A DNA stretch of 56,637 nucleotides, filler included, from Dirinaria sp. TL-2023a (lineage: Eukaryota), in the NCBI GenBank assembly GCA_051941275.1. It is 3 parts of 3 records of this genome, joined end to end, with 100 filler letters (N's around TTAATTAATTAA, not from the genome) between each part and the next. Parts side by side here need not be neighbours in the genome. Positions count along the whole stretch, not along the records: positions 1 to 18,819 come from JAVEBF010000364.1; 2 more parts are not named here. One strand, 5' to 3'. A program made the translations under genes and the position numbers. Positions 1-11,697 of this stretch are shown here, piece after piece (positions within the stretch are counted from its first letter, which is position 1; the number at the start of each line of letters is the position of its first letter). The notes under the pieces are model-generated. The model was not told where the DNA came from, ran no database searches, and saw only the letters and a list, made by a program, of their open reading frames with translations.

Positions 1-29
1 TAGCTTAGCCGCGAATTTTTCTTAAGTAA

Positions 30-1417
30 ATCGAGTTCGCATCAATCTAAGATCCAGCATTGTTATTCCAACGTTATGGTCTGTACTGGTGTGCATCCTC
101 ACCCCACAGGTCCGTCCGACGATGAATGGCAATAAAAGATATCTCAGCATTTGTACGCGAGGGAACAAAGATTAAACATTTGCCGTCGTGGGCACCTCCA
201 GTTGGTAGAACAGTCTCATTGAGTGTAACACGGCCGTTGTGAGATAGAGCAGACTAGAGGCGCAGTGCTTCAACTGCTCGTGAGCGAGTCTATCCTTGAG
301 TTGACATCCTCTGAACCACGAAGACGACGACAACAACGCCGCACTTGAAGGACTGGCTTTTTTGCTGCTTATTTTCGTTGACACAGGCTTTAGAATAGTG
401 TAGCTGATTGATCTGTTTCAACGCTGGCTTGTGTCCAAATATCAGCCCTCCTGAGAATTTTGTGAAAGATATTGCATAGGAAACTTGCAGTATTATCTCG
501 TCCCGCAACCAGTATTGTAAAGAGTTCTTCTATAAGTTGTGAGTGGCCATGAGCATTTTTCTTAATTCTTCAAGAAAAATATATTTGCTAACAGCTTTGT
601 TATCAGAAGAGCTTTTCTCCATATTGATATGCTCGTTTATTGGATTAAAATTACTTTTCACGTACTGATGCAGAATTTCCACGCTCTCACAAATATCCCG
701 TTGAGAACAACCTTCCGAGAATACCCAGCGAGGTTTCTCTTCGCAGCCGAATTGAGCATGGTCGAAGATTTACACTACTCTCGGGAAAATTGTCGAACCC
801 AAGGGGCCAATAGACTCGCCGTACAACGAGCGTGTTGTGATATCAGAAGCGAGAGCAAGGAATGATGTTTTCAAGTCTACACTCGCTCCTCTGTCTTGAA
901 TTACGTTCAGCAGGTCCCTCTTACGGTTCTCGAACACTTCCAGATCACCGTAATGTGCTTTCCAGAAACTCGGATGTAGAGTTGCTCGCGCGTGACCCAT
1001 CCAGCGCGCTCTACAGTCAAAACACTCTGCCAACGAAGCGGGCGGAAAGCATTTTTTGTGGGGAGAGGTAACACCATAGTCTTTAAAATATGTTGAAAGC
1101 ATTGTTTTCAGATTATCTGGCTCGATGCTGGAGAGGATGATCGAGAACGAGGTTGGCTTTGAAAATGTGTTGCCGTACAATTTAAATAAGTGCGAAAGTC
1201 GCTCTAGATATTGCTGAGATTGAATTACCGTAAAGATGTTTCCAAAAACGTCTAAATCTAGCATGACTGACTTCTGTGAGCGCCTCGGACGCGGTCGATA
1301 TCAATCATCATGACGACTGCAGCGAGAAGCAGTTCAGGATTGAATCTTGCGGCGCAGGAGAACTAAGGTGATGCAAGCAACAATGAAGGACAGTCCATGA
1401 CTATCAGAAAATAGCAT
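30..1417 (-). pseudogene. Cytochrome P450 (CYP52-like) pseudogene
   Basis: ATG at 1417 gives a membrane anchor (MLFSDSHGLSFIVACITLVLLRRK) followed by two in-frame TGA stops. Then CYP52-type segments: IEPDNLKTMLSTYFKDYG; GHARATLHPSF; VDLKTSFLALASDITTRSLYGES; IFVPSRT..AIHRRTDLWGEDAHQYRP*RW (PERW motif with a stop). A broken heme-loop remnant NAGS*I follows. Confidence 0.8.
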
Positions 1418-3298
1418 TTCAGCTATCTAAACGAAGGTTTGGCTCCATTGCTATTGTGATCGTACGCCTGCAATCTGTGAGAATACACGTCTGTGGCGTC
1501 CGTGTTTAATTTCAAAATTGCTGCTTATAAGTGGCCGTTCGGTGAGCAGAAGCCATCGCCAATGTATTGGTACAATGGTACCGAATAAACGTGGAGAACC
1601 GCGGCCTTACTTACTACGTGAGATAGTGCAGAACATTTCACCATGAAAACTTCGACATTCGGACGTGATGAAATCACACGTTATCCATATAGAATCGGGA
1701 TAGACATTATCTATTCCAATAAGGCGGAAATACGGGGCTAGCAGAGAGCAGTATAATTGGACAGGGGAGAAACCTTGAAGAAGGCCCGAAGTGGGCTTGA
1801 ACCCATTGATGCGAAGCACCACACCCAACACCCTTCTTATCGCGGTGAGCACTACGAGCTGGTGGAGTAAACGGGGATAGTTGAAGTTAGGAAGTCTCAG
1901 GGGCGACCTCCCACAAGGCGCACTTGGAACGCTAATCGCGCTATAGATAATTTTCAGCTGTGGTCTGACTTCGCAAGAAGATGCGAGGCTAAGTAGAGCA
2001 TCGGACGCACATCAAGATTGTGAATGCCGAGTCAAAGGCGAAACCTGCAGGAGATAGAACGAGAATATGTTCGTAATCGAGAATAGTCCAGCTGCGGACT
2101 GATAGTCAAACATGGAGCAGGAGAGCGGCGTGTGCAAGAACGAAGCTTAGTACGCTTGAACGATGTGAGGCTATGCTTATCTTGCAGTTCGGACTTTTAC
2201 GTCTTTCGTCCCATTCAACTAGAAGAGCATTTTTGCCGAGGTACGAATGTACAACTCTCTCGAGAATTGTGAGCTGCACGGGCAATACCTCATTGTACGA
2301 ACGTAAATGTTACCTGATGATGACACGTCGTGGAAAAAATTTCTTTGTATCGGTTGATGCTACCACGATCCATGCGGCGTCTGCATGCTAATTGAGAGCG
2401 AAGCAGACTGCTCCGTACATGTGTGGGGGGGGGGCGGCCAAGCGACGAGAATGACTGCATTAGTGTCAATCATTAGTGTCAATTGCCTTCAGTTGCCTTA
2501 AAGTCCACGAGCACATCCATTGGCTCACCAATACGTGGAAGATTCAGAGCCCGATCACGATTCATGCTCGGGTTTTTCGTCGCTCTTTTCAAGCCGGCAG
2601 CATGAGCTCTTGTCTCGCCACGACTTGATGATCAGCGTGAAGATCAGCGTGGAAACCGGCCTGGGCCAGTCCAATTGCCGACAGGGTCGGAGATATCCAG
2701 CTAGGAGGGAAACGCGGTCCGAGTCTAGGTTAGTTAGCTGACTGCGTAGAAACGTCCATTGGTCCACTTACCTGTAAGCCTATATGCGTACATGGGGCAA
2801 CGGAGATGCTATTTGGCATCAATGGTCTTTTAAATGCGCACATGGGTAGTAGTGGCATCAATGACCCGAGTGCATATGCATGTGATCCCAGGCATCTAGG
2901 CACATCTCTCTAGCCAGGCTAGGCACCGAATTTTACTCTCATGATATGCCGCTCAACCGTGGCGTGGTTCTGCGACCATTCAGGGATGAATCGTAGTTCC
3001 CTCAGCACTTGTAACCAGGCTGCATGTATCCATAGATCGTAGAACGTCGATACAGGAACAAGGTGAAGGAGTTTGATGTACTGCTACAGTGACAGGAACT
3101 CCATTTCCTGTGTAATTTCATGGTGGGGATGGCTGATTCCCTAATGTTTGATACAGGTTGAGCATTGTGCGCAACCAAGGACACTAGAGAGCTAGCCAGC
3201 GTAGTCAACGACTCAACTTCAGTTGCTAAGAATTGCAGTATCTGTGAAAAGAGGGCGGAACAGCGACCCATCAGAGTTCTATAACGTATAGCGGCAAC

Positions 3299-4737
3299 CT
3301 AGCCCTTGCGAAATCTGCCACACTTCAAGTCGTGCCAGTCGCACCAAGGTTTAGTAAAATTACACGGTAGCGAATGGTGACATCGGGTCAACCTCTGAAT
3401 GACACACAACACTCTCAAGCTTCGAAATCGTCTGATTTCTTTGCCTGCCAGTTTTGTCATTCAGCTTGAGGTAATCGTCTCGTTGAGTTCTCAGAGCTCG
3501 AGACTTCTTCGTGTGGAGACAGGATGAAGCAATTGCCGAGATTTTGGATTTGAACTTGTCAATGGCACGTGGTATCGCAGGTAAACAGCTACATATGATG
3601 GTGCTGGTGATTTCAGCAAGTCTAAGTAGCTGTTAGAACCACTTTTTGGTGGTCTCATCGCAAATGAAGCGACGATCGACTTACGTCCAGGCACCATAAT
3701 AACCTACATACCATGTGAAGTCCGGTCTTCTGCCCCATTTCAGGAACATCGCCAGTCGTAAGATACTCGAGATGCAGCAGCTGCTCGCTCTTCAGCATTC
3801 GTTCGCCATGGCCGCTGCGATTCCAATGAAGACTTACAATATCCCACTAGCGAAAACCAATGACACTCCAACTTTTCTGGTCTGACGCATCTGTAACTTG
3901 AAAACCCAGAGAACCGGTAGAAGGAGTATCAATATGTCCGATACTATATTGAGGCCTGAAGTAACGAGACTAATTTGATAACCGCCCGTTAAGCAATGGC
4001 CAGGAAGTGTAGGGTTCCATGCCTTCGCTTGAGGCGTACATTGGAAAGCAATGACGAAGATGCCGACTGTATAATAAATGGTGTTGGTCCAGATCAAGAT
4101 TTGTATGAGGTAGAATCTTATACTTTTACTGTTGGGAACAAAGATGCGCGAGATCTGTAAAAGGATTGCAATCTTGGAGGGCAAGATGACTGCACAATAT
4201 ATGATTTCCAAGACATACAAATTCTGAAGACTTATTAGCTGGGCTTTCAAGAATAGGCCTCTGAGATCTTGACGCACCTTGCTGTATTTCAGAACATTTG
4301 ATAATGGGACATCCCATTGATGTACGCCAATGCCATTCGCCAGCGATAAAGCTACCAGAGAATTGTACACCACAAAACCAACCTTGATGAGTAATGATCA
4401 GAGTTCTGTAGCAGTGATAGAGCTATGAGCATTGATGAGGAGGGCGAAAGCCTACCCATGCAAAACAGGAAAAATCTACATATATTTAATACACATCCTA
4501 GGCAGTAGGCGCTCAATACTCACAGTCCTCTGATGCAACCGATTTAATAATGAAGAGTTTTGTGTATAACCTTAGAGCTGTAAATCCGGTAGCAAGAGCT
4601 AGGCAGATCGTCTGTAGAGCAATAATCAAGCTCTGATAGTTCTCTGGGTTCACGAAATTGGGCGTGACGCCTGGTGGGGGCCTGAGAGCTGGCAGCCTTT
4701 CAAGCGCTAATCCTGGCGGAGGTTGACCGGACGCCAT
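3299..4737 (-). CDS. PTH11-like (fungal rhodopsin-domain) integral membrane protein, no CFEM domain, about 6 exons
   Basis: N-terminal PPPGVTPNFVNP; motifs ALRLYTK, GIGVHQWDV, KIAILLQISRIF, FQCTP..KAWNP..GHC, NIVSDILILLLP, EITSTIICSCLP. GT-AG introns join ORFs 4513-4737 and 3834-4373 to downstream exons. The 3' end is approximate. Confidence 0.85.
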
Positions 4738-5639
4738 TGCGAGATGTTACTCTCTGAACAATACGACACTGCCGGCAATGTCGCTGGATTTAGCGTTTAA
4801 CTTTTGAATAAAGTCTTCCAACGTGGCTTCATCAGACCAAGTGTGAGGGGCAGAAGAGAAGAGAAGGCATATGTTGATTGAGGTGGTGAGATAGAAAGTG
4901 TAAAAACCCCGGCAATAGCCCCCACGTCAAGTCTTAAGGGTGAGTAGCAACACCTCAACGCCTAGCCTTATGTAAAGACGTATATCCTGGGACGCATTTT
5001 TTAGGTGATTATACGGTAAAGAAAGATGATCTAGAACACTTCGCTACAGCCACATGGCGGAACTGAGTTACGGTGCCTCGGAATCGAATAATGGGCGTGA
5101 CTCAGCTGATGCAGGACGAAAATCGTTGCAGTATCTGAGACCACAGCCAGTTGGATCCAATCAAACCTATCGTGCGAACCTCAAGGCCCGAGGATTTAGC
5201 GAATAAGTGGATAATCGGCGCCCGCAGTCCTACCTTCCTACTCTCGGGAAGAGTGCTCACACTTGCATGATAAGGTAATACCCCACTTGCATGAGGATCT
5301 TTGCAAACCACGTTATAACTTAAGAACGCCAAGCAATACAACCGTCAAAGAACCGCGTACATAGACTTCAAAATGCAAGCAGTGAGATTTGATTTCGGTA
5401 TAGATTTTCTCAGCAATTTTTGGTGGTGCAATGCTGAGAGAAGTAATAATAGGAGAAAAGCAATCGTTATATAATAAATTTAGATTGCAGGAAATCGTTC
5501 AACGCAATTCTCAAAAGTTCATCATCACAACAGCTGAAAATATCCTAAAGAAATATCGAGTGTCATTCTCCAGACATTGAAAGCTGTGTGCCCATTTTTT
5601 GATTCTCAATCACAGCTCCTTGTAGTGAGCGGTCAACCG

Positions 5640-6180
5640 TAAAATCTACGCTGTGTCTATTACAGCATACCCTTCGTTGTTGCGGCGGGGTTTTTTCCTT
5701 TTCTGAAGCGAATGACCCTTTATCCGCAAGTCGTGCTTGGCTTCATGAACGCATTGGGAGTAGTACCAGCGTTCCCTGCGCTGGATCGAGAACTTTTCAC
5801 TTCCTTCGATCGACCTGCCTCGGTAAGTTGCGTGATGACCGCAGTCATCGCTTGGACCGTCATCATTGACACGATATACTCATTTCAAGATCTTGGGGAT
5901 GATGTTAAGTGCGGAGTAAAGTCCATGTCTGTACCATCCCAGCAGAAGGCTAAAATCTTGCTTGGCAAATTTGCAGCAATCCTTGTCTGTGCAATGCTGG
6001 CAGTCGAGATAATGTCCAATGCGGGATCCGGGTACTTTATTCTTGTTTCGTTACGTTAATTTGTGGCTGGCGTTGTGACCAGGCTGGTTATCTGGGATGA
6101 CCCGGAATGTTGGGATGGTGGTTTCATCGTGGATGCCGCCTTGAAGGGATCTTTTCCACAGCCTCTTTTCTAATTAGCTA
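5640..6180 (+). pseudogene. UbiA/COQ2-family prenyltransferase fragment (C-terminal half only)
   Basis: FFPFLKRMTLYPQVVLGF and WTVIIDTIYSFQDLGDDVKCGVKSM match the second Asp-rich motif of the family. No N-terminal half (NDxxD motif) is visible upstream, and the ORF stops at 6059. Confidence 0.75.
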
Positions 6181-7048
6181 CATTTCACAAATACAATAGA
6201 CTTATGGGGCCTAGGCATAAGGCTTGTGGTTGACTGATAGAAATGACAAGCGTCGACTCGTCTTGAGACCGAAATCGATGTACAATAGATATGAATTACG
6301 TATGCGAGTAATGTAAATCTTCCTGATTCACAAGATCAGACCGAGACCCCGTGATAAGATCCTAACAGATTGTAGGTATCCTACCTTACTTATGGTTATA
6401 TGATGTGTATCATGTATCAGTAGATTTGATTAGCTCTTGTGGGCCCTGGAGTGACGTAACATATGTGATCGACCAGAACAATAGGGATGCTTGAAACACT
6501 GTACGAATACGCAAAAGCTGTATTTCTTCGATGCGCGAAAATGCACAAGGTAGGCGGAGAAGCTGGAGTACGCCGCTTCTCGCGAGCATCGTAGATCTAG
6601 GAAGACAGCATTCAATTCCTTCAACGATCCTTTGTCACTCGATATGCAAACCTTATTTGGAGGCTTACGATGCATGCAAGCGAAAATCATAAATGTGCAG
6701 CCTCAGAGCAAGGCAATCCAAAGCGAAAAAGGGGGGCTATGAGTGAATCAGTTGATCGCATCATGCCCATTACCCAATCGATTTTCCACTTGCTGTCGTA
6801 ACAAATGTATTTATGATTTTGCCGTCATGTTATATGAATTCTGTTTTCTTCGAAGTGACTCCTTCCATTTTTTGCTAGACGACATTCTTTGCACATTTTG
6901 TGCCGTAACCAGCAGTAGGAACGCTCCATCCTTCTTTCGAACATTTTCAAATTGAAAGGCACGTAAAGATCATTCTTGCCGGTGACAGATGTCTGCGTCC
7001 TTTCGCTTCCACTAGAGCCTTTTATCGTTGCATTTCCAATACCATTCG

Positions 7049-7420
7049 ATGGATCTAGAAACCCTCGGGGAAGTGGCTGCAAGAATACGGCAACATGTTC
7101 ACATTCGATGCCGTCACGCTACCAAAACCCCGCTTCGCGAAGTGATCGAGCAGTACACTTCAATCCGTAGTGATGAGGTCTATGCCCATGTAATGGAGAT
7201 TGTACGTTGCGCAGATTTCCGGGTACCTGCGGTCGGATTATCCTCAAAGTAGCCGTCCATACCTCGGTCCTGACTCGATTGCTGCTTACAGAGATACCGA
7301 GCATTCCAGGTGAAATGGAGATTCTTCCTATGATTGACCCGCTCAACCACTGAATCACAACAGGTATATTATCCGTTCGGGAAGGAGAGTATCCTCAATA
7401 TCGTGCTCGCTGGGTCGTGT
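7049..7420 (+). pseudogene. Remnant of a fungal SAM-dependent methyltransferase (AusD/Trt5/AdrK-like N-terminus)
   Basis: Removing two intron-like segments (gtacgt..ctgac..cag; gtgaaa..ctgaa..cag) gives REVIEQYTSIRSDEVYAHVMEI|RYRAFQ|VYYPFG. This resembles the family pattern RxLLExYSxIPxDEVxxHVxxIRxxAxxxxPYPCIG. No intact SAM-binding motif was found. Confidence 0.5.
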
Positions 7421-7964
7421 AATCCTTCGAGCTCAGGAGTCAACCTTGAAGCATACAAAGAAATTGAGAACCTTCTTATAATCTGGGACCCTCAAGTGCA
7501 GAAGCTATGTCATCTTGGCACCATTATAATAAAGAGACAACTCGAGATTAGTCACGGATTAACTTCATGAAACCATCCTAGCGGCAGGTTTACACTCGTA
7601 GATGACGTGTACCATAGGTCTTTACCACACCTGTGATCCTGATTTATGCAGACCTTTATGAGCTATCCACAACCGAGACGAAAACTTCTGGAGGCAGCAC
7701 CGTCGGATCCTTTCTTAGGATGAATCGAATATCCAGTCTTCCACTCTTGGCTGTTAAGATATGACCTGGGATCTGAAGTGGAAGTAATTTGGCAAAGATA
7801 CCAAGTTCGCAATGCCAGCAGAGTTGTGAATTGAGATTATCACCTTCAAAGGACGAGCTCCACGGTGTGAGCATGGTCCCGTTTCGGGGTGATTTAATGA
7901 ACCAAGGACGACCCAAGTGCCCATGTTAATGCGATGTAGATAAGTGGTCGAGGACTTCTGTCGT

Positions 7965-9560
7965 TCAACCCTTCCCCCTTTCCTTCTCCCTATCCCACGC
8001 CCGTCCCCCATTGCCGGTCAACCTAGCCTTCTTCCTTGCCCTTTCCTCCTCTTTGATATCCCTTGCCTTCTCTCTAGGATCAATAACCACCAATTCCTCT
8101 TCATTCTTCTTCTTCCACGTTAGATCCTTGCCCAGACGATCTTTTTCGAAGCTCAGCGCATGCGACATCCAGCTCTTATCATCCACATCCGCGCCTGATC
8201 CGCCAGCATCTGCATCCTCGGCTGCTTGCCATGACTTGCATGACTGGCAGTTGACTATGAAGTGAAGGTCGCAGACTGCTTCTTCATCTTCTTCCTTCTG
8301 CTTTCCTTCAGCATGGTTAGTGGATTTGGAGTTGCCAGGGGCAGGGGAGGACCCGGAAGCTGTTATGTCAATAGATGCGGAAGACGGTGATGTGGTAGCT
8401 GCTGCATTCTCGAGGCGGGCGCGAAAGGCATTCAATACATCCATGGTCTGTGAGTCTGTATTCCCGCCACCGCCGCCGGCTCTGCGTTTACGTCCCCGGA
8501 CAGAGGTTTCTGGGATCATAGCTTCAAGAGCGGATTTCTTGCGGTGCTCGGGTACTGGAGCGGCGACTGTCCGCTTCATTGATGCTTTCATCGCTGCGAT
8601 TTGCGCGTTAGTTCGGTCTAGCAGGCTCGATACTTTGCTGACTACTTCTGCTTCGGGTGAGCTGGGTGCGAGATGTTCTGTTTCTTCATCCTTCGGTAAT
8701 GGCAGCTGCGTATGTCGGTCTGGCTTCGCTAGGGGAGACGGCGGTGTTGGTGATCGAGGAACTTTGCGGCGAAGAGACTTGTCTGCTGGCTTTGCAGTTG
8801 GCCCCGCATCGCCATTCAAAGTTTTCGAAGACCCATTCTGCTCACTAGCGCTGACAAGCTTGGAGTTGAACTTTTCCTTTTTCATCACCGACCGCCCCTG
8901 CTCCTCCTCCACAGCCTCCTCTGCGCCGAAACTCAACAAAGCCTTTCCACCCCTTTTCTTGCCCTTCTTCTCTTTCCTATCAGCTGCCTCCTTGACCACC
9001 TCTTTGACCTTCCTCTCCGTCCTGACCATATCTTCAAAAGGGTTCACCAGTACCTGCGTGCCCGTCACTTTCGTCGGATATAATGGCCTCTCGCTTCCCT
9101 CACTTTCCAGCTCTCCCTCCCCCATCTTCATGACATTGAACATAGTATCCCCCACCACACGGCCAAACATAGTATTGCGCCCCTGTAACTCCGGTGTCGC
9201 TCCCAAGGTGATGAAAAACTGGCTGCCATTGTCATTCTTTGTGCCGCCATTTGCCATGCCCAATAAGCCCCGCCGATTATATTTGAGCCGACTGTGAAAT
9301 TCGTCGTCGAACAAGCCGCCGCGATAGATGGCTTCACCACCGGAACCGGTGCCTGTCGGGTCCCCGCCTTGAATTATGAAGGAAGGCACAAGCCGGTAGA
9401 AGATCGTGTCGTTGTAATAGCCGTCGAGGCATAGTTGGAGGAAGTTGCGCGAGGTGAGCGGCGTTTGTTTGGCGAAAAGGTCAAGGAGGATGTCCCCCGA
9501 GGTCGTGGTGAGGAGAACTTGCGCTGTGGGCTGCGGCTCGAGGTTATAGAGCGCGCTCAT
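7965..9560 (-). CDS. CWC27: Spliceosome-associated cyclophilin-type peptidyl-prolyl isomerase Cwc27
   Basis: 531-aa single-exon ORF: EPQPTA start, cyclophilin domain (RNFLQLCLDGYY, IQGGDPTGTGSGG, DEFHSRL, NGSQFFITL), C-terminal CDLHFIVNCQSC and LVVIDPREK. Confidence 0.95.
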   Translation of the reverse strand: MSALYNLEPQPTAQVLLTTTSGDILLDLFAKQTPLTSRNFLQLCLDGYYNDTIFYRLVPSFIIQGGDPTGTGSGGEAIYRGGLFDDEFHSRLKYNRRGLLGMANGGTKNDNGSQFFITLGATPELQGRNTMFGRVVGDTMFNVMKMGEGELESEGSERPLYPTKVTGTQVLVNPFEDMVRTERKVKEVVKEAADRKEKKGKKRGGKALLSFGAEEAVEEEQGRSVMKKEKFNSKLVSASEQNGSSKTLNGDAGPTAKPADKSLRRKVPRSPTPPSPLAKPDRHTQLPLPKDEETEHLAPSSPEAEVVSKVSSLLDRTNAQIAAMKASMKRTVAAPVPEHRKKSALEAMIPETSVRGRKRRAGGGGGNTDSQTMDVLNAFRARLENAAATTSPSSASIDITASGSSPAPGNSKSTNHAEGKQKEEDEEAVCDLHFIVNCQSCKSWQAAEDADAGGSGADVDDKSWMSHALSFEKDRLGKDLTWKKKNEEELVVIDPREKARDIKEEERARKKARLTGNGGRAWDREKERGKG

Positions 9561-10190
9561 GTTGAGAACAATCTAGGCTAAGATGTGAGGAGAGCTTCCT
9601 TTCCTGTGCTTGAAGCCTTCTCAATACTGACCAATGTTTAATGCATTGAGTGGAAATCGAAGTGATTTGAATGCTTGGCATATGGGAAAGATGGATTACA
9701 TGGTTCAGGGTTTTTTTAGGGTTGCTTGCGTGAATCTTCATCTGCAAAGTAAAATATACTGGTGAAATTTCTAGTTTCTACGAGTCCAAACAAATAAAAT
9801 TGTTGGAAAATTCGTGAGTCTGATATTCAACTCTAAGATTTCCGAGTCTGGCGGGAGAGAGAGGTTGGAAGTAATAATAATATCAAGAAACAGCACACAA
9901 GTAACGCCATGCAATCCAGCACCTCAATACTGACACTGCTGCTATGTTGTGAGACCAAGCGCACACGCAGCTGCCATTTGAAGTATTGGTCTCGCATCCA
10001 ACCAAGTCTCCGTGGTGAAACAAGAGGCATGATCCTCTAACGCACGCACGAGCCTCCACAAGACGTAGGATAAGTAATGTGTATGACAAATGCAACCCAT
10101 TGTCAGGTTACCGGCCCTACTCCTTTGACCGCGGTCTGGCTGCACTCCTGTCTGCAATCTGTCGTCCATCCCTCACCACCATCTCGGCAT

Positions 10191-11126
10191 CTAACAGCAT
10201 CCACCAGCCGAACCTGATTGCACGCCCTGCCCTTGCCCAACCTGCACTGTAGGCTTGTTGTTCACGGTTGTGGTACCCATTCGTTCTTTGATCTGACGGG
10301 CCATAGTCAGGAAAGCTTGTTCAACATTCGACGCGTTTTTGGCGGATGTTTCTAGGAAAGGAATGCCGAGGCTGTCGGCGAATTCCTATGGCAATATCAG
10401 TCAATGATCTTTCCTTCAAATTGCTCCTTTGGAAAGACCTACCTTTGCGACAGTATAGTCTACGACCTTCTTATCCGACATGTCACTCTTGTTGCCCACT
10501 AGCAGCTTGTTGACACCCTCGGTTGCGTAGCGGTCAATCTCTTGCAGCCACTGCTTGACATTGTTGAAGGAGTCCATGTCCGTAACATCGTAGACGACGC
10601 AAATACCATGAGCACCTCTGTAGTAAGAGGATGTGATTGTTCGGAAACGCTCTTGGCCAGCCGTATCCCACTGTACTACGTCAGCCTTGTCCTTAGAATG
10701 CCATTATGGCTTAGGTAGCGCGCACGATTTGCAGCTTTACGGTCTTGCCATCCAGTTCGATTGTCCGAATTTTCTGATCAAGTCAGCAACTCGAGTCAAG
10801 CCTGACAGCCAGAGAAATATCCTACGAAGTCAACCCCAATAGTCGAGATGTAGCTTTCCGTGTATGTGTCATCAGCAAATCGTAGTAGCAAACAAGACTT
10901 TCCCACTCCAGAGTCCCCGATCAGAAGTAGCTTAAAGAGGTAATCGTATCTGTACCGAGTCGGGCATCAGCATTGCCGCAGACCATCTCAGACTTGTTGC
11001 TTGTGGGGGGGCTTGGCTTTCAGAGAACTGAGCTATGGTGATGCAGATGCTGTACTCTAAAGGCATCGACGTCAGTCCATATCGACGACACTGCATTTTT
11101 CGAGGACCTTACTACTCTGGATTCAT
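10191..11126 (-). CDS. YPT1: Rab1/Ypt1 small GTPase (absent from the ORF track)
   Basis: Spliced translation [31 protein letters not shown]...[22 protein letters not shown]...GNKSD...ETSAK...GSAGGCC*, with a CC prenylation end. Confidence 0.97.
10950..11115 (-). other. Nested spliceosomal twin intron (stwintron), [D3,4] architecture, first intervening sequence of YPT1
   Basis: GA|gta[gtaagg...actgac...tttag]agt...gctgat...tacag|ATAC. Removing the 56-nt internal intron (11112-11057) creates GTAAGT, the donor of a 110-nt external intron. Confidence 0.85.
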
Positions 11127-11697
11127 GTTGACGAAACGAGACGGCCCTTGAATATCTTTGCGGGGATCAGTAGGTGCTCAAGGTTCGACTAGAGAACGGA
11201 ACTTCTGGCTGGTGAGAGGGTATCGAGCTTATAAGTGGCAAGGTGGATGAGGAGTGTCAAGAACGAGGTTCCTCTGGTCAGATAATCGCCCTGACGTTGT
11301 GTTTCGCGAGGCTCCCGTACAGCGGCTGATCTAGCCGCATCCGGTTAAACTTGCCAAGAGACCCAAATTCGGTCACCCCCTGATCAACTCCCGTGATCCA
11401 TTTCCGGCTCGTCAACATCACTCACCATTTTGTTGCATTATCGCAACTTCTGACTTGACTCAAATATAGATCCCATGCGAGAGTCATACCGTGGCGAGAG
11501 ACTCGTAAAAAATAACCATGGTACCTCATGATTGCTACAATCAAGTTCCTCTCGGCTCATGCTTGAATAATATGGGTACCTCTCCAGCCTATCCAAGATG
11601 TATATACACAATAATAAACTCGATTTGTTTGATAGCGTTCCATTTTATTGTCTCAAACAACCAACTGAAGCTGCTGCAGGGAGATTATCCTAAGCGC

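Noticed and set aside
8320..9297. 325-aa plus-strand ORF
   Set aside because: Antisense shadow of CWC27; no ATG start and no motifs.
11054..11057. Two ordinary introns separated by a microexon as an alternative model for YPT1 intron 1
   Set aside because: A 1-nt exon 'A' with a gtacag donor yields GAG TAA (stop). No microexon model I tried restores MNPEYDY.
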